Assembly: GCA_043823745.1 (NCBI GenBank)
Contig: JBDRAN010000002.1
Location: 6,296-70,295, forward strand
Source of the DNA: Candidatus Omnitrophota bacterium
GTDB lineage: Bacteria; Omnitrophota; Gorgyraeia; Duberdicusellales; 4484-171
Length of the DNA: 64,000 nucleotides
Reading direction: 5' to 3'
Part shown: positions 1-10,395 of the stretch, one piece after another
Layout: each line of letters starts with the position of its first letter
Numbering within the stretch: position 1 is the first letter of the stretch
The notes under the pieces: model-generated
Databases searched by the model: none
Seen by the model: the letters and a program-made list of their open reading frames with translations, nothing else
What the model was told of the DNA's origin: nothing
Program-made: the position numbers and the translations under genes

Positions 1-216
1 GTCACGAGTATCCCCTTCATGGAAAAATTTTTCTTAATTATGTTGATTGCAATTGTTTCTCAATTGGGCGATTTGTTCGAGTCGTTGATTAAAAGGGATT
101 GCGAGGTTAAGGATTCGGGGAGAATCCTACCTGGAATGGGCGGGGTGCTCGATGTTATCGATAGTATAATTTTTACCGCCCCAACATTTTATTTGTATAT
201 TACCATGATGCGTTGA
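1..216 (+). CDS. cdsA: phosphatidate cytidylyltransferase, C-terminal part (5' truncated by window)
   Basis: GDLFESLIKR..VKDSG.ILPG.GGVLD..DS CTP_transf_1 signature; frame open from base 1; usual position upstream of dxr. Confidence 0.95.
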   Translation, partial: VTSIPFMEKFFLIMLIAIVSQLGDLFESLIKRDCEVKDSGRILPGMGGVLDVIDSIIFTAPTFYLYITMMR

Positions 217-348
217 CACGCGAATTACCGCGAATTTTAAAGAGCGCGAATTTTCGCTAATGATACATGACGCGAATTATCACGAATTTATAAACGCTAA
301 TTTACGCTAATTGAAAACATAGAGTGGGATTCAGAAGATTCCGGAATT

Positions 349-432
349 TACTATAAGCTTAACTATAGCGTAAACTTTGGTTCTTAAAAAATAGATATTA
401 GGCGACAGATTTACGAAAAAGCCAGGAACTAA
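349..432 (+). pseudogene. probable C-terminal relic of a GxxExxY-family gene
   Basis: Translates YYKLNYSVNFGS*KIDIRRQIYEKARN*, resembling from memory the ..LxNFG..KLxIKRxIY.. C-terminus of GxxExxY (TIGR04256) proteins; has an internal stop and lies between the repeat arms. Confidence 0.55.
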
Positions 433-473
433 CGTTTTTATTCGCGTGGATTAAGTTTCTTACTCGCGGTCGT

Positions 474-536
474 ACGTCCCGCCTGCATTGCATTCGGCGG
501 GATCCCGCAGAGAACTTTAGTTCGCATGCGGGACGT
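474..536. repeat. REP-like double hairpin inserted in the right arm
   Basis: Perfect 9-bp terminal IR ACGTCCCGC..GCGGGACGT enclosing two tcccgc..gcggga stem-loops. Confidence 0.7.
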
Positions 537-587
537 TTTCTAAATTAGCGGTAATTAGCGTCTTTAGATTAGCGGTAATTCGCGTTT

Positions 588-1739
588 ATGAAAAAGGTAA
601 CCATATTCGGGTCGACCGGTTCAGTTGGAAAAAGCGCGCTTGATGTAGTGCGTGCATCAGGTGGCGCGCTCGTCGTAGAAGGATTATGCGCGTGCCGTGA
701 TACCAAGACGCTCCAAGCCCAGGTTCGAGAGTTCTCACCGGCGCGGGTATGTGTTGTCGATGCGCAAGCTGCCCGGGCTTTTCGTGCCGGACGGCGCGGG
801 ATGACCGTGTTTCGTGGTCCGGAGGGATTAGATGAGTTCACCCTCGGCAAGACGGATATTGCCGTAATGGCAATTTCCGGTATCTCGGCGCTTAAGCCGC
901 TTCTTTCGGTGATTCCTCACGCGCGGCGCGTGGCGCTTGTCAATAAAGAATCGATTGTTGCCGGTGGTTCGTTTGTGTTTGCGCGGGCACGCACGTATGG
1001 AACGCAGATTTTGCCGGTTGACAGCGAAATCAATGCTCTTTTCCAGCTTTTTAAAGCGCACGAGCGCCGTGGTAATGGATTTGATCGGGTGTACATAACG
1101 GCATCAGGTGGCGCGCTTTTCGGGTATAGCCGCGCGCGATTACAAAAGGTAACCGTGCGGGATGTTTTGGCGCATCCGACCTGGAACATGGGCGCGCGCA
1201 TTACGGTGGATAGCGCGACGCTGGTCAATAAAGCGTTTGAGGTTATCGAAACGCATCATTTTTTCAATGTCGCATATTCCAAGATAGGAGTAGTGATTCA
1301 CCGGAAATCTCAAATCCATGCGTTCGTAGAATTTTGTGATAAAACAATAATGGCGTGCATGTATCCGGCGGATATGCGCATACCGATCGCGTTTGCGCTG
1401 CATTATCCTAGGCGCGTGGAAAACTCGCGCGGGATTGACTTTTCCCGATCGTTCTCGTTTGACTGTGCACCCTTCGCGCAAAAGCAGTTTCCGCTTTTTG
1501 AGCTTGTTATGAACGCGGCGGCGCGTCGTGATAATGGTTTGGTCGTATTGAATGCCGCCGATGAAAAAGCGATTGAATACTTCTTGAAGAATAAAATAGG
1601 TTTTACCGATATCGGCAAGGTTATGGAGTATATGGGTGAACACTATCCTTCGACGGCGCTGGCCGGTATCGAGGATGTTTTTTATTGGAATGAATGGGCG
1701 AGCAGTAAAGCAGAGGAGTACATACAAACGTTATGCTAA
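588..1739 (+). CDS. dxr: 1-deoxy-D-xylulose-5-phosphate reductoisomerase
   Basis: GSTGSVG, NKES, LPVDSE, TASGG, HPTWNMG, ITVDSATLVNKAFE motifs. Confidence 0.97.
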   Translation: MKKVTIFGSTGSVGKSALDVVRASGGALVVEGLCACRDTKTLQAQVREFSPARVCVVDAQAARAFRAGRRGMTVFRGPEGLDEFTLGKTDIAVMAISGISALKPLLSVIPHARRVALVNKESIVAGGSFVFARARTYGTQILPVDSEINALFQLFKAHERRGNGFDRVYITASGGALFGYSRARLQKVTVRDVLAHPTWNMGARITVDSATLVNKAFEVIETHHFFNVAYSKIGVVIHRKSQIHAFVEFCDKTIMACMYPADMRIPIAFALHYPRRVENSRGIDFSRSFSFDCAPFAQKQFPLFELVMNAAARRDNGLVVLNAADEKAIEYFLKNKIGFTDIGKVMEYMGEHYPSTALAGIEDVFYWNEWASSKAEEYIQTLC

Positions 1740-2848
1740 ATACGATTGCCTTCGTCGGGCTGTTAGGGGTTTTGATTATTGCGCATGAATTCGGTCATTT
1801 TATTGTGGCTAAATTAAGCGGGGTGGGAGTGGAGCGTTTTGCTATAGGGTTTGGCCCGGTGATTTTTAAGCATAAAGGAAAAGAAACTGAATTTGTTGTG
1901 TGCGCGTTGCCTTTGGGTGGTTATGTGAAGCTCGCCGGAGATAATCGTGGGGCGTGCAAAGGGCTTGCGAATGAGTTTTTCTCAAAGCCAATCGCGACGC
2001 GCATCCGTATTGTGCTCGCCGGACCGGTATTTAATTATCTGCTCGCTTTTATTCTTTTCTGGGCCATTGCGGTTATCGGATTTTCCTATTTAGAGCCGGT
2101 GGTCGGTAACGTGAAAACGGGGTATCCTGCCCAGGCAGCGGGACTTTTGCCCGGCGATAGAATAACTAAAGTCAACGATAAAACCGTCGAAAGCTGGACG
2201 GAGATGACGTATCTTATCAGAACCAGCTCCGAGAATGTTCGGCTTCTTATTGAGCGCGAGGGGGTGGCGATGCCGGTTGTCGTTTCCCTTAAAGAGGCGG
2301 TTATCAATAATGGGTTAGGTGAGAAGAAAAAAACACCCATCATTGGCATTGAGGCGTCAGGATCGGTGCGAAAAGTGCAGTATAATGTATTTACGGGTTT
2401 TATAAAGGGCGCGGAGTACTTGTATTATCACACGATGATCACGGTGTTCAGTTTCGCGTATATGATTCTTGGAAAGATCTCGGCAACCGAAGCGGTGGGC
2501 CCGCTGGGGATTTACGCGATTACCTCGGAAGCGGTTCGGGCCGGGATCGTAGCGTTTCTTTCTCTTGCGGCGGCGCTTAATATCAGTCTGGCGGTGATTA
2601 ACCTATGTCCTTTGCCGGTGCTTGACGGCGGGCATATTTTTTTATTTGGTCTTGAGAAGTTACGAGGTAAGCCACTGAGTGAAAAAGCAGAAGATATTTT
2701 AGCTAAGGTGGGCATTGCGGCAATCGGTTTCTTGTGTTTGTTCGTTTTCTATAATGATATTTTACGTTTTGGCCCGCGGCTCTGGGGAAAGGACCGTAAC
2801 GCGGGCATCACGGCGAACCAGGCAGCGCCGGATGAACCCATAAAATAA
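1733..2848 (+). CDS. rseP: RIP metalloprotease RseP (M50 + PDZ)
   Basis: HEFGH zinc motif, PLGGYVKL, AGPVFN, PDZ segment, PLPVLDGG. Confidence 0.95.
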   Translation: MLNTIAFVGLLGVLIIAHEFGHFIVAKLSGVGVERFAIGFGPVIFKHKGKETEFVVCALPLGGYVKLAGDNRGACKGLANEFFSKPIATRIRIVLAGPVFNYLLAFILFWAIAVIGFSYLEPVVGNVKTGYPAQAAGLLPGDRITKVNDKTVESWTEMTYLIRTSSENVRLLIEREGVAMPVVVSLKEAVINNGLGEKKKTPIIGIEASGSVRKVQYNVFTGFIKGAEYLYYHTMITVFSFAYMILGKISATEAVGPLGIYAITSEAVRAGIVAFLSLAAALNISLAVINLCPLPVLDGGHIFLFGLEKLRGKPLSEKAEDILAKVGIAAIGFLCLFVFYNDILRFGPRLWGKDRNAGITANQAAPDEPIK

Positions 2849-2850
2849 CA

Positions 2851-3897
2851 ATGAGTACCACCGCGCATATAGGAAAGCTGGTTATCGGAGGAAAGCACCC
2901 GATTAGGATCAAGGGGATGCTTAAGACAATCCTTACCAAGCGACGCCACGTGTGCGCCGAAGCGCGGGCGCTTGTGGCCCAGGGCGCCGAAGCGATCAGA
3001 ATCGCGATCAAAAGGCCGGGGGAAGCTCGTGTTGCTCATTGGATACGAAAGGAAGTTACCGTTCCGCTGGTTGCGGATATCCATTTTAATTATAAGCTTG
3101 CCCTTGAGGCGATTGACTCAGGTTTCGAAGGAATACGTTTAAACCCGCTTAATATAACCGATGTTTTTCACATAAAGGAAGTGGTCCAGAAAGCAAAAAG
3201 AAACGATGTCGCTATACGCGTAGGAATTAATTCCGGTGGTTTCAAGAAAAGTTTTTCTTCCGAAGCCTCGCAGGCAAACGCTATGGTCAGCGCGGTTTCT
3301 GATTTTATACGGATACTTGAGAGTAAGCGTTTCACGAATATCACGGTTTCACTGAAAGCTGCCACGGTGCGTGCCACAATCGCCGCGAACAGGCTTTTCG
3401 CTAAAAAAAGCCGTTATCCGTTGCATCTTGGCGTAACCGCGACCGGGCCTTTTCTTGACGCAGTGGTAAAGTCATCAATCGGTATCGGAGTACTTCTTGA
3501 AGAGGGTATCGGAAGTATCATCAGAGTATCGCTGACTGCTCCTTCCGATTTGGAAATCAGGGTTGCAAAGATACTGCTTCAGGCATTGCATTTGAGATCA
3601 TTTGGCCCTGAGATTATTTCCTGTCCAACCTGTTCGCGTTGTCAGGTTGATTTAATACGTATTGTTGATACGTTTAACGAAGAAATGGAAAAGGCAGTCG
3701 CTCGAGGAAAGAAGTTTCCCAGCACGATTGCGTTGATGGGGTGTGAAGTTAATGGTCCCGGCGAGGCGCGACAGGCAGACATTGGTGTTGCTTTTGGAAA
3801 TAAACGCGGTATTATTTTTCAAAAGGGAGAGATTGTCGGTCAGATTGCGGAAAAGAATTGCGTTCAGGAATTCCTGAAATGGATGGAGGCAAAATGA
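2851..3897 (+). CDS. ispG: HMB-PP synthase (GcpE)
   Basis: PLVADIHF, IRVGINSG, YPLHLGVT, CPTCSRC, MGCEVNGPGE. Confidence 0.96.
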   Translation: MSTTAHIGKLVIGGKHPIRIKGMLKTILTKRRHVCAEARALVAQGAEAIRIAIKRPGEARVAHWIRKEVTVPLVADIHFNYKLALEAIDSGFEGIRLNPLNITDVFHIKEVVQKAKRNDVAIRVGINSGGFKKSFSSEASQANAMVSAVSDFIRILESKRFTNITVSLKAATVRATIAANRLFAKKSRYPLHLGVTATGPFLDAVVKSSIGIGVLLEEGIGSIIRVSLTAPSDLEIRVAKILLQALHLRSFGPEIISCPTCSRCQVDLIRIVDTFNEEMEKAVARGKKFPSTIALMGCEVNGPGEARQADIGVAFGNKRGIIFQKGEIVGQIAEKNCVQEFLKWMEAK

Positions 3898-5147
3898 CGG
3901 ATATTAAGGCGATTAAGAAAGAGTTGCGTAAAGAATTAAGTTTTTCTTTAGGGGACGACGACAAGCTTACCGAAGCCATGGTGCGCGATCGCGTGAGCCG
4001 TATTTTTGAATATTGGGAGAAAGAGCGCAACCGTGTTATCGAGGCTACCGCGAAAGAAAAGATACTTCAGGAACTATGCGATGAATTTTTAGGAATGGGG
4101 CCGCTGAAAGATTTGATGGCCGATCCGGCGGTTACCGAAATTATGATCAACGGGCCCCAGAAAGTGTATATCGAAAAAAACGGTAAGAAAGTTTCTACCG
4201 AGGTTACGTTTGATGACGAAACACATCTTCGGCACTTTGTGGAAAAAATGCTTATGCCCACGGGCCGGCGGGTTGATGAGTCATATCCGTATGTTGATTT
4301 TGCACTGAACGACGGTTCCCGTGTTAACGTGATTATCCCGCCGCTTTCTGTCGGTGGAGCGACCGTAACAATTCGAAAGTTTTTACGCAGCATTAATCAG
4401 ATAGAGGACCTGGTAGGGTTAGGCACTATCGATCAGCGTATGGCTGATTTTCTGGTTGCCTGCACCCGTGCTAAAATCAACGTACTTTTTTCGGGTGCTA
4501 CCGGAAGCGGTAAAACGACAACGCTGGAGGTACTTTCTTCCTACATCAGCCCACAGGAGCGTATCATTGTCATTGAAGATACGCTTGAATTGACGCTGAG
4601 ACAGGAACATGTGGTGCGGCTCTTAACGCGCCCGCCCAACATTGAAGGGAAAGGAACCGTTGAGATCAGGGATCTTTTTATTAATACCTTACGTATGAGG
4701 CCGACGCGAATTATTCTCGGTGAAATCCGCGGCGCCGAGGCAATGGATTATTTGCAGGCCTTAAACTCTGGGCACCGGGGGTGTCTGGCGGTTATCCATG
4801 CCTCAACCCCGCTTGATGCCTTAACGCGTCTTGAAACGACGGCTTTGTATGCCGGTCTCTATATGCCGGTTTGGGCCATACGCAAGCAGATTACCTCGGG
4901 AGTTGACTTAATAGTGCAGCACGATCAGCTTACCGATGGCTCGCGTAAAATTACGTATATGACCGAAGTCGAGCGCATGGAAGGCGAAGAGATCATTCTG
5001 CGTGATATTTTCCGTTACGAGATCGAAGACATCGATGACGAAGGAAAAGTACGGGGAAAATTTAGCGTCAAGAACGTTCCGACATTTTTCCATTTGTTTA
5101 AAAAGAAAGGCGTTGAGCTTAACGAGAGCATATTTAAAGAGAAATAA
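3894..5147 (+). CDS. cpaF: CpaF/TadA-family secretion ATPase
   Basis: VTEIMING, DGSRVN, Walker A GATGSGKTT, LRMRPTRIILGEIRG, NSGH; ATG 3894 overlaps the ispG stop (ATGA) and follows GGAGG. Confidence 0.9.
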   Translation: MTDIKAIKKELRKELSFSLGDDDKLTEAMVRDRVSRIFEYWEKERNRVIEATAKEKILQELCDEFLGMGPLKDLMADPAVTEIMINGPQKVYIEKNGKKVSTEVTFDDETHLRHFVEKMLMPTGRRVDESYPYVDFALNDGSRVNVIIPPLSVGGATVTIRKFLRSINQIEDLVGLGTIDQRMADFLVACTRAKINVLFSGATGSGKTTTLEVLSSYISPQERIIVIEDTLELTLRQEHVVRLLTRPPNIEGKGTVEIRDLFINTLRMRPTRIILGEIRGAEAMDYLQALNSGHRGCLAVIHASTPLDALTRLETTALYAGLYMPVWAIRKQITSGVDLIVQHDQLTDGSRKITYMTEVERMEGEEIILRDIFRYEIEDIDDEGKVRGKFSVKNVPTFFHLFKKKGVELNESIFKEK

Positions 5148-5151
5148 AAAT

Positions 5152-5221
5152 GATTCCGGAGATTAGGTAAAGATTCCAGAGATTATGAAATCCCGTAATC
5201 TTTCTTTAATCTCTGTAATCT
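5152..5221. repeat. intergenic inverted simple-repeat element, ~9-nt unit GATT(A/C)CAGA
   Basis: agattccagagatta (5171-5185) vs taatctctgtaatct (5207-5221): 14/15 inverted match, plus a second degenerate pair. Confidence 0.8.
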
Positions 5222-5236
5222 AATTAAAGGTTTTCA

Positions 5237-6460
5237 ATGTTATTCTCAAAAAGTTTTATTCCGACAACCCGGGAAGTGCCCAAAGATATTGAAGCAAAGA
5301 GCCACATTATGGCCTTGCGCGCGGGGCTTCTCTATATGGCTTCGGCAGGGATCTATTCGTATCTTCCTTTAGGCTACAAAATTTTACGTAAGATTGAGAG
5401 TATTATTCGAAAGCATATGAATGCCACCGGCGCGCAGGAGCTCTTCATGTCGGCCTTGCAGCCCATTGATATCTGGGAGAAAACCGGCAGAGATAAAACG
5501 CTTTCCGAGGTGATGGTGCGCTTTAAGGATCGCCGGGGAAGGGATTTGTGCCTTGGCCCGACGCATGAGGAGATGATCACCGAGATCGTTAAAAAGTATG
5601 TTTTTTCCTATAAACAACTTCCGCTTACGCTCTATCAGATACAGACTAAATTTAGAGATGAACCGCGTCCGCGTTTCGGATTACTTCGTACCTGTGAGTT
5701 TATCATGAAAGATGCGTATAGTTTTGATGCCACCGAAGCCGGCCTCACCGAAAATTACCAGAAGATGCTTGCCGCGTATCAGAATATTTTTAAAGAATGC
5801 GGTCTTAACTTCGTAATGATCGAGGCTGACTCCGGCGCGATGGGTGGAAGCGTTTCTCATGAGTTTTTAGTGGAGGCGGCTATCGGAGAGGATATTCTGT
5901 ACTATTGCCCCGGGTGCAATAAATACGGTAAAACGGAAGGCTCCTGTCTCACTTGTCAAGGTGCCATGAGCGCGCGAACCATGATCGAGATCGGCCATAT
6001 TTTTAAACTCGGGACAAAGTATTCACTCGCTCAGGAAGCACTTTTTCTTAATCGGGAAGGCGCGCGCCTGCCGCTTATTATGGGTTGCTATGGAATAGGG
6101 GTGAGCAGGTTGCTTCCTGCAATTATTGAAACTAACAGCGACGACAAGGGGATTATCTGGCCTGCTTCGGTAAGTCCCTTTGATGCGACGGTGGTCGTCG
6201 TGGGGGAGAGCCTTACGTCCCAGGCGCTGACACTTGCCGACGTGCTTACGAAAGAAGGTTTTGATATTCTTGTGGATGAGCGCAACGAGAGTGCGGGTGT
6301 TAAATTCAACGATGCATTGCTTCTGGGCAACCCCTATACACTTATTATCGGAAAAGGGTACGCTGCCTCAGGAAAGATTGACGTCGAGGCGCGCGCAACG
6401 AAAGAAAAAGTAAGCTTAACACAAGAGGAACTTATTACTTTTTTGCATGAAAAGCGGTGA
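5237..6460 (+). CDS. proS: prolyl-tRNA synthetase, short form lacking the INS editing domain
   Basis: LGPTHEE, QIQTKFRDE.RPRFGL.R..EF.MKDAYSF, IEIGHIFKLG, MGCYGIGVSR; only 407 aa. Confidence 0.96.
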   Translation: MLFSKSFIPTTREVPKDIEAKSHIMALRAGLLYMASAGIYSYLPLGYKILRKIESIIRKHMNATGAQELFMSALQPIDIWEKTGRDKTLSEVMVRFKDRRGRDLCLGPTHEEMITEIVKKYVFSYKQLPLTLYQIQTKFRDEPRPRFGLLRTCEFIMKDAYSFDATEAGLTENYQKMLAAYQNIFKECGLNFVMIEADSGAMGGSVSHEFLVEAAIGEDILYYCPGCNKYGKTEGSCLTCQGAMSARTMIEIGHIFKLGTKYSLAQEALFLNREGARLPLIMGCYGIGVSRLLPAIIETNSDDKGIIWPASVSPFDATVVVVGESLTSQALTLADVLTKEGFDILVDERNESAGVKFNDALLLGNPYTLIIGKGYAASGKIDVEARATKEKVSLTQEELITFLHEKR

Positions 6461-6908
6461 CGAGCAACTATTAAGGGAAAAAATCGAAAGCTTGGCAGGG
6501 GAGCAGGCCTTAGAGCTTATCGAATATAAGTTTTTTTCACACCGCGGCAACTACACGGTGCGTTGCCTGGTTGATTTTCCTGCCGGAGGCGTTACGGTTG
6601 ATGATTGTAGCAGGCTTAATCGGAAAATAGTCGGGATGCTTGAAGAAACCGGAGCACTCGGCGATGATTTTAATGTCGAGGTTAATTCTCCGGGTATTGA
6701 CAGACCGATTATCACCTATAAGGATTTTTTACGCTCCAAGGGAAAATCTATTTGCCTATGGCTTAAGGATGCGTGCGAAAAGAAAACATATTGGGAGGGA
6801 GTTATCGTAGAGGTAAGCTCGAATCATATTGGGCTTATGGCTCAGGACAGCTTATTGCATATTGAGTTGTCTAATATTAAACTAGGGAAGGAGAAAATAG
6901 ACCTATGA
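6447..6908 (+). CDS. rimP: ribosome maturation factor RimP
   Basis: GVTVDDC..L, VEVNSPGIDRP; upstream of nusA. Confidence 0.93.
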   Translation: MKSGDEQLLREKIESLAGEQALELIEYKFFSHRGNYTVRCLVDFPAGGVTVDDCSRLNRKIVGMLEETGALGDDFNVEVNSPGIDRPIITYKDFLRSKGKSICLWLKDACEKKTYWEGVIVEVSSNHIGLMAQDSLLHIELSNIKLGKEKIDL

Positions 6909-8155
6909 ATAAAGAATTCTTAACAGTACTTGAGCAACTAGAACGTGAAAGGGGGCTCGATAAAGCGCTCCTGATCGATGCTGTCCAGCAGGCACTTGTT
7001 GTTGCCGCGAAGAAGATCGCCAAAATTACGTCGCCGGGAGCGGATGTAAAAGTTGAAATTGATCCAAACAAAGGCGACATCCATGTGTGGGTTGGCGACA
7101 GCGAAGTTGTTTCCCGTGACTTCGGCCGCATTGCTGCGCAGACCGCTCGACAGGTGATTATCCAGAAGATACGGGAAGCCGAGAAAGATAATATTTATAA
7201 CGAGTTTAAGAACAAAGAAGGCGATATTGTCAGTGGGGTAGTCTACCGGCTTGAGAGAAAAGCGGTCATTCTTGACCTGATGGGTAAAGCGGAAGGAATC
7301 ATGCCGCATTCGTTTCTTTCTACACTTGATAAATTTAGGCTCGGTGAGCGCGCGAAAGCCTTTGTGTATGAAGTAAAGAAAGACAAGGGGACGCAGATTA
7401 TTTTATCGCGTAAGCATGAGGGTTTGGTCAAGAAGCTTTTCGAACTTGAGGTGCCGGAAATTTTCGAAGGGATTGTGGAAATCCGTTCAATCGCGCGCGA
7501 GGCAGGAGAACGAACGAAAATAGCGGTGTACTCTAAGGACGATAAGGTTGACGGCGTCGGCGCGTGCGTTGGCATACGCGGTTCACGGGTAAAAAATATT
7601 ATTGAAGAGTTGCGCGGAGAAAAAATCGATATCGTGCGGTGGAACGCCGACATTAAGGAATTTATCAAGGCAGCGCTTGCACCGGCGGTCGTTTCGCGTA
7701 TTGAGCTTGATCGGGATAACAAGCGGGCTCGCGTCCTTGTCGCCGGAGACCAGCTTTCAATCGCGATCGGTAAGCGCGGTCAGAATGTGCGTCTTGCGTC
7801 GCGCGTCGTAGGTTGGGAAATCGATGTGCGCTCCAAGGAAGCTATCGAAGAGGAATTAAAAGAAATGTTGGCGCTCAAAAGCATCGGTAAAAAACTTTCT
7901 GCGGTTTTAGTTGATGCCGGGTATGCCGGTATCTCCTCGTTGATCAATGCAGGTTCCGATAAGCTATCTGAACTTAAAGGAATCGGTGAAAAAAAAGCGC
8001 AAAAGATTATTGCAGAAGCTAAGCAAGCGCTTGCAACAAAAAAAGAAAAATCAGCTGCACAAGCGGCTGCGGTAGCTCAGGCGAAACTTGACGCAGAAGC
8101 AAAGGCAAAAAACGAGACCACGCCGCCTATCGATGGCTCGTCAATTCCAGCGTGA
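6905..8155 (+). CDS. nusA: transcription factor NusA
   Basis: FGRIAAQTARQVIIQKIREAE, AREAGERTKIAV, GACVG.RGSR, AIGKRGQNVRLA; C-terminal HhH. Confidence 0.98.
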   Translation: MNKEFLTVLEQLERERGLDKALLIDAVQQALVVAAKKIAKITSPGADVKVEIDPNKGDIHVWVGDSEVVSRDFGRIAAQTARQVIIQKIREAEKDNIYNEFKNKEGDIVSGVVYRLERKAVILDLMGKAEGIMPHSFLSTLDKFRLGERAKAFVYEVKKDKGTQIILSRKHEGLVKKLFELEVPEIFEGIVEIRSIAREAGERTKIAVYSKDDKVDGVGACVGIRGSRVKNIIEELRGEKIDIVRWNADIKEFIKAALAPAVVSRIELDRDNKRARVLVAGDQLSIAIGKRGQNVRLASRVVGWEIDVRSKEAIEEELKEMLALKSIGKKLSAVLVDAGYAGISSLINAGSDKLSELKGIGEKKAQKIIAEAKQALATKKEKSAAQAAAVAQAKLDAEAKAKNETTPPIDGSSIPA

Positions 8156-8313
8156 CGGAGCTTGAGTACCTGGAAATAGAGCGTGGCGTGCGTTAACCGG
8201 AAAAATGCAATTGAGAAGTCAAAAAAGCTATAGCGGAAACAGTGTTTGGAGGTATGGTAAAAGCATAGCGATGTGTGCTGAAATTTTCGGCGGAAATCTC
8301 GGCGGGCATCCCG

Positions 8314-8371
8314 AGTGCAGCCTACCGCCTGCGAAGCGTCCCGAAAGGGACTGCGAAGTATGCACTTTTTT
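8314..8371. repeat. REP-like hairpin (family A variant) closed by an AGTGCA/TGCACT stem and followed by a T-run
   Basis: tgcgaagcgtcccgaaagggac resembles ggtgcgaagcctccccgaagggg at 44806. Confidence 0.5.
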
Positions 8372-8397
8372 GGTTAAGGTAAAGGACGGTGAGTGTA

Positions 8398-10308
8398 ATG
8401 AGAATTTATGAATTAGCAAAAGAATTAGGGATCGACAGCAAGGAGCTTCTTGAGAAACTTAAGAAGCTGAATTTCCCGGTTAAGAATCACATGTCGACAA
8501 TCGACGCGGAAACTGCTGAAGTGATTCGTCATGAAATTTCAAGTTTAGACAAGCAGGAAATCGAGGATAACGTTATTGAGGTTGATTTTCCTATCACCGT
8601 GAAGGATCTTTCGGTAAAACTCAATAAGAAACCGTCTGAGCTTTTAGGTGATTTGATCAAGGAAGGAAAATTTCTCAATATTAACCAGGGTTTAAGCGAA
8701 GACGCGGCTGCGGGCATAGCGTATCGTTACAAGGTTAATCTTAAGAAGAAACCGACAAGAGAAGAATCGATCCGTGGCGCCGAATCAAAAGACCTGCGCC
8801 CGCGCGCGCCCATTGTTACCATCATGGGGCATATCGATCACGGTAAAACCTCCTTGCTTGATTATATCCGAAAAAGTAAAATTGTCGAAAAGGAAACAGG
8901 GGGCATTACGCAGCATATTGGGGCGTACCAGGTGAGCCTACCGAAAGGTAAGATTACGTTTCTCGATACGCCCGGTCACGAAACGTTTACCGCGATGCGT
9001 TCGCGCGGCGCAACGGTTACCGACATCGTGGTGCTGGTGGTAGCTGCTGATGAAGGTATAAAACCGCAAACCGAAGAGGCACTTGATCACGCGAAAGCGG
9101 CTAAGGCGCCTATTATCGTTGCGATTAATAAGATCGACAGGGCAACCGCTAATCCTGACATGGTGAAGCAGCAGCTTTCTAAGCTTAATTTTTTAGCAGA
9201 AGACTGGGGCGGGAAGACCATTACTGCCGGGGTTTCGGCAAAGACCGGTAAAGGTGTTGACGAATTCCTTGATTTAATACTTCTGCAGGCCGAGATTATG
9301 GAGCTTAAAGCTGATTATGGCCGGGATGCCGTAGGTATTGTGGTTGAAGCCAAGCTTTCAAAAGGAAAGGGGCCGTTGGCTGCGATTCTGGTGCAGGAAG
9401 GGGTATTAAAAGTCGGCGACTGGTGCGTGTGTGGATTGTATGAAGGTAAGATCAAAGCAATGTACGATGACCTGATGTCTCCGATTACCGAGGCGCCACC
9501 TTCATTTCCCGCTGAAATACTTGGCCTAAATGGCGTGCCCAACCCCGGGGAACAACTTTTGGTTGTGCCTGATGAAAAGAGCGCTCGGGAGATTGTCAAG
9601 AAGCGTAGGGAAGAAGAAGACAAGAAGCGGCTTGTTGCACCGGCGCATTTTAAGCTTGAAGATCTATATAAAAAAGTAAAAGAGGAGCATGTCAAACAAT
9701 TCAAGATCATTCTTAAGGCCGACGTGGGCGGAACGCTTGAGGCGGTCGATGCCGCTCTTGCTAAGTTTTCAGGAGAAGAGGTTGAGCTCAATGTCGTGCA
9801 TAAAGGAGTGGGAGCCATTAATGTCTCTGACGTCCTGTTGGCCGAAGTAACCGATGCGGTGGTTGTCGGGTTTAAGGTGAGCGCTGATGCGCAGACGCGG
9901 GACCTGGCCAAACAAAAAGGCATTGAAACGCGGGTGTATCAGATCGTGTATGAACTTCTTGACGATATTAAAGCCGCGCTTGAAGGAATGCTTACGCCGA
10001 CGGTACGCAGAACTTTTGTCGGTAGAATACGAGTTAAAGAGGTATTTAAACTTTCGCGATCGGGTATCATCGCGGGGTGTATCGTGGAAAAGGGAAAAGC
10101 GATCAGGAATTCGCTTTGTCAGGTTACGCGCGGCGCTGAGGTTGTCCACGAGGGTAAAATTCAGTCTTTAAAGCGTTTTAAAGATGACGTGCGTGATGTA
10201 GCCGAAGGTGTTGAGTGCGGGGTCAGCGTGGGCTATAACGGGATTCTTGCCGGTGACGTTATTGATGTGTACAGCGAAGAAACCATAGCGCGGAAATTTA
10301 AGGAATAG
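8398..10308 (+). CDS. infB: translation initiation factor IF-2 (compact)
   Basis: [12 protein letters not shown]-domain, [34 protein letters not shown]; alternative GTG start at 8389. Confidence 0.98.
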   Translation: MRIYELAKELGIDSKELLEKLKKLNFPVKNHMSTIDAETAEVIRHEISSLDKQEIEDNVIEVDFPITVKDLSVKLNKKPSELLGDLIKEGKFLNINQGLSEDAAAGIAYRYKVNLKKKPTREESIRGAESKDLRPRAPIVTIMGHIDHGKTSLLDYIRKSKIVEKETGGITQHIGAYQVSLPKGKITFLDTPGHETFTAMRSRGATVTDIVVLVVAADEGIKPQTEEALDHAKAAKAPIIVAINKIDRATANPDMVKQQLSKLNFLAEDWGGKTITAGVSAKTGKGVDEFLDLILLQAEIMELKADYGRDAVGIVVEAKLSKGKGPLAAILVQEGVLKVGDWCVCGLYEGKIKAMYDDLMSPITEAPPSFPAEILGLNGVPNPGEQLLVVPDEKSAREIVKKRREEEDKKRLVAPAHFKLEDLYKKVKEEHVKQFKIILKADVGGTLEAVDAALAKFSGEEVELNVVHKGVGAINVSDVLLAEVTDAVVVGFKVSADAQTRDLAKQKGIETRVYQIVYELLDDIKAALEGMLTPTVRRTFVGRIRVKEVFKLSRSGIIAGCIVEKGKAIRNSLCQVTRGAEVVHEGKIQSLKRFKDDVRDVAEGVECGVSVGYNGILAGDVIDVYSEETIARKFKE

Positions 10309-10384
10309 AAGCGGAACCACGCGGAACTAAACGCTGAAAAAATTCGCGTGCGTCCGCGTAGTCATCCGCGGCTACCCGCTTCTA
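10306..10384. repeat. intergenic inverted simple-repeat element, CGCGGA-type unit
   Basis: Perfect terminal IR TAGAAGCGG..CCGCTTCTA starting on the infB stop codon; internal gcggaa and tccgcg repeats. Confidence 0.85.
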
Positions 10385-10395
10385 TAAGTCTATAT

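Larger units (their letters stand above)
218..587. repeat. intergenic inverted simple-repeat element, ~10-nt unit CGC(G/T)AATT
   Basis: Left arm acgcgaattaccgcgaat (218-235) is the reverse complement of attagcggtaattcgcgt (568-585) at 17/18; several degenerate copies on each side; 22-mer 568-589 is identical to 57226-57247. Confidence 0.9.

Noticed and set aside
8205-8411. 68-aa ORF between nusA and infB as YlxR or an L7Ae-like protein
   Set aside because: No GRGAY or other family motif; it overlaps a hairpin repeat
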